DNA of 63,764 nt, filler included, from Folioceros fuciformis (lineage: Eukaryota): the NCBI GenBank assembly GCA_049999805.1. It is 4 parts of 3 records of this genome, joined end to end, with 100 filler letters (N's around TTAATTAATTAA, not from the genome) between each part and the next. Parts side by side here need not be neighbours in the genome. Positions count along the whole stretch, not along the records: positions 62,727 to 63,764 come from JBNGIO010006276.1; 3 more parts are not named here. One strand, 5' to 3'. Positions 62,727-63,764 of this stretch are shown one piece after another; position 1 is the stretch's first letter, and each line of letters begins with the position of its first letter. The notes under the pieces are model-generated. The model saw only the letters and a list, made by a program, of their open reading frames with translations. It was not told where the DNA came from and searched no databases. A program made the position numbers and the translations under genes.

Positions 62727-63764
62727 GTAAGGATCTGCGAACTCCCTTCCGATGTGTGGATGCCTTGTAGAAGTCGTGATTTACAGCAGGCTCGAAATCA
62801 GCTACTGATTGTGCATCCTTTAAATTGCTTCCAAGTAGAAACCCATCCAGAAGAGACTTCAGAATTACGCATCTGTTGATCAAATTGCGCACTTGAAACT
62901 GCAGGTTGCTGAAGTCATGGAGCCGCAGTTTGATCCCTGGACAGAATGCTGGCTTGCAATTGTTGAAGCAGGGCTGCACAGTGTGACGAATTCCACAAGG
63001 ACGTCTCCCTGTCTGTACAGGTCTGTGACGAGCAGATCGCTGATCAAAACGAGTCACTTGTCGAACATTTTGAGAATTTTGTTTCCAAGAAACATTCGAA
63101 TCGAATCCAGGAAACAAGATTTTGTTCTCAAAATTACGACGACGCATTTTTGCCTGATTTTTCCACTCTGCTCATCGCGGGATTCTAGCAGATGTATTCA
63201 CTGTAAGATATAGGTAGCATTATCTAGGAGGAAAAGTGCTGACACATGATCCAGAGACCATAAAATTATGATCTGTGGATTATCTGTTCTCATCTTTTCT
63301 TCCTAAATACATATGGCTAGACCTATATAAGCTCCGCTTTAATCAGATAATTGCAGCGGAAAAATGTAATCAGGTCTAGACATTTGAATATGTGTGTGGA
63401 AGNNNNNNNNNNGGAAGAGAAATTTGGTGACTGCAGAATCCAAAAATCACATAATTGTGATTAATGGATATTGTAGTCCTCATTTTTCCTTCGACATATA
63501 TACATTTTTATGTGTAGACAAAACTTTCTACAAATATATATATCAAATCAAATATCTAGAAACATGAGCTCTGATACCATGTTAGGATTTTGGTAAAGCG
63601 GAGCTTAGAAAATCACATGATTAGCAAAAGGAATAATTGGTAATTAAATGAACACACAACAATAAGGGTTTAAATACTAAAAACTAAACTACGTGACTGC
63701 TCACTTATGTCTGTTCATATCTAGGGTTAATTATATTTAATATATATAATAAACTAACCCTAAT
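62727..63764 (-). mobile_element. 5' end of another LTR retrotransposon (partial LTR, PBS, ORF running into the gap)
   Basis: iMet PBS at 63568-63579 abuts the LTR end (TG at 63580 on +, CA on minus). An ATG ORF at 63147 is open to the N gap. Confidence 0.7.

Overview
Eukaryotic land-plant genomic DNA. Short (~90-190 bp) introns, GC-rich genes and a probable ciliary gene suggest a seed-free plant with flagellated sperm, possibly a hornwort or other bryophyte (inference). The window is several scaffolds joined by N-TTAATTAATTAA-N linkers (24.25, 42.9, 62.7 kb). Host genes: an intronless Twinkle primase-helicase that appears to lack its zinc-binding domain; a head-to-head 5-exon gene with FAM166/CIMIP2-like GYTG motifs; a 7-exon three-KH-domain RNA-binding protein; a CYP71-clan P450 family (two intact copies, one full-length pseudogene, one inverted fragment); and a ZF-HD homeobox gene. 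Transposons: gypsy integrase, DUF7869-like and Harbinger relics, a decayed LINE, and a three-layer nest at 43.7-56.3 kb (old copia split by a ~4.3 kb solo LTR, itself hit by a young copia with non-canonical TA...TA LTR ends). The most novel-looking signal is a ~305-codon extra ORF (ORF0) between the PBS and gag of the young copia. A diverged homologue sits at the same position in the old copia, and possibly in a third element.
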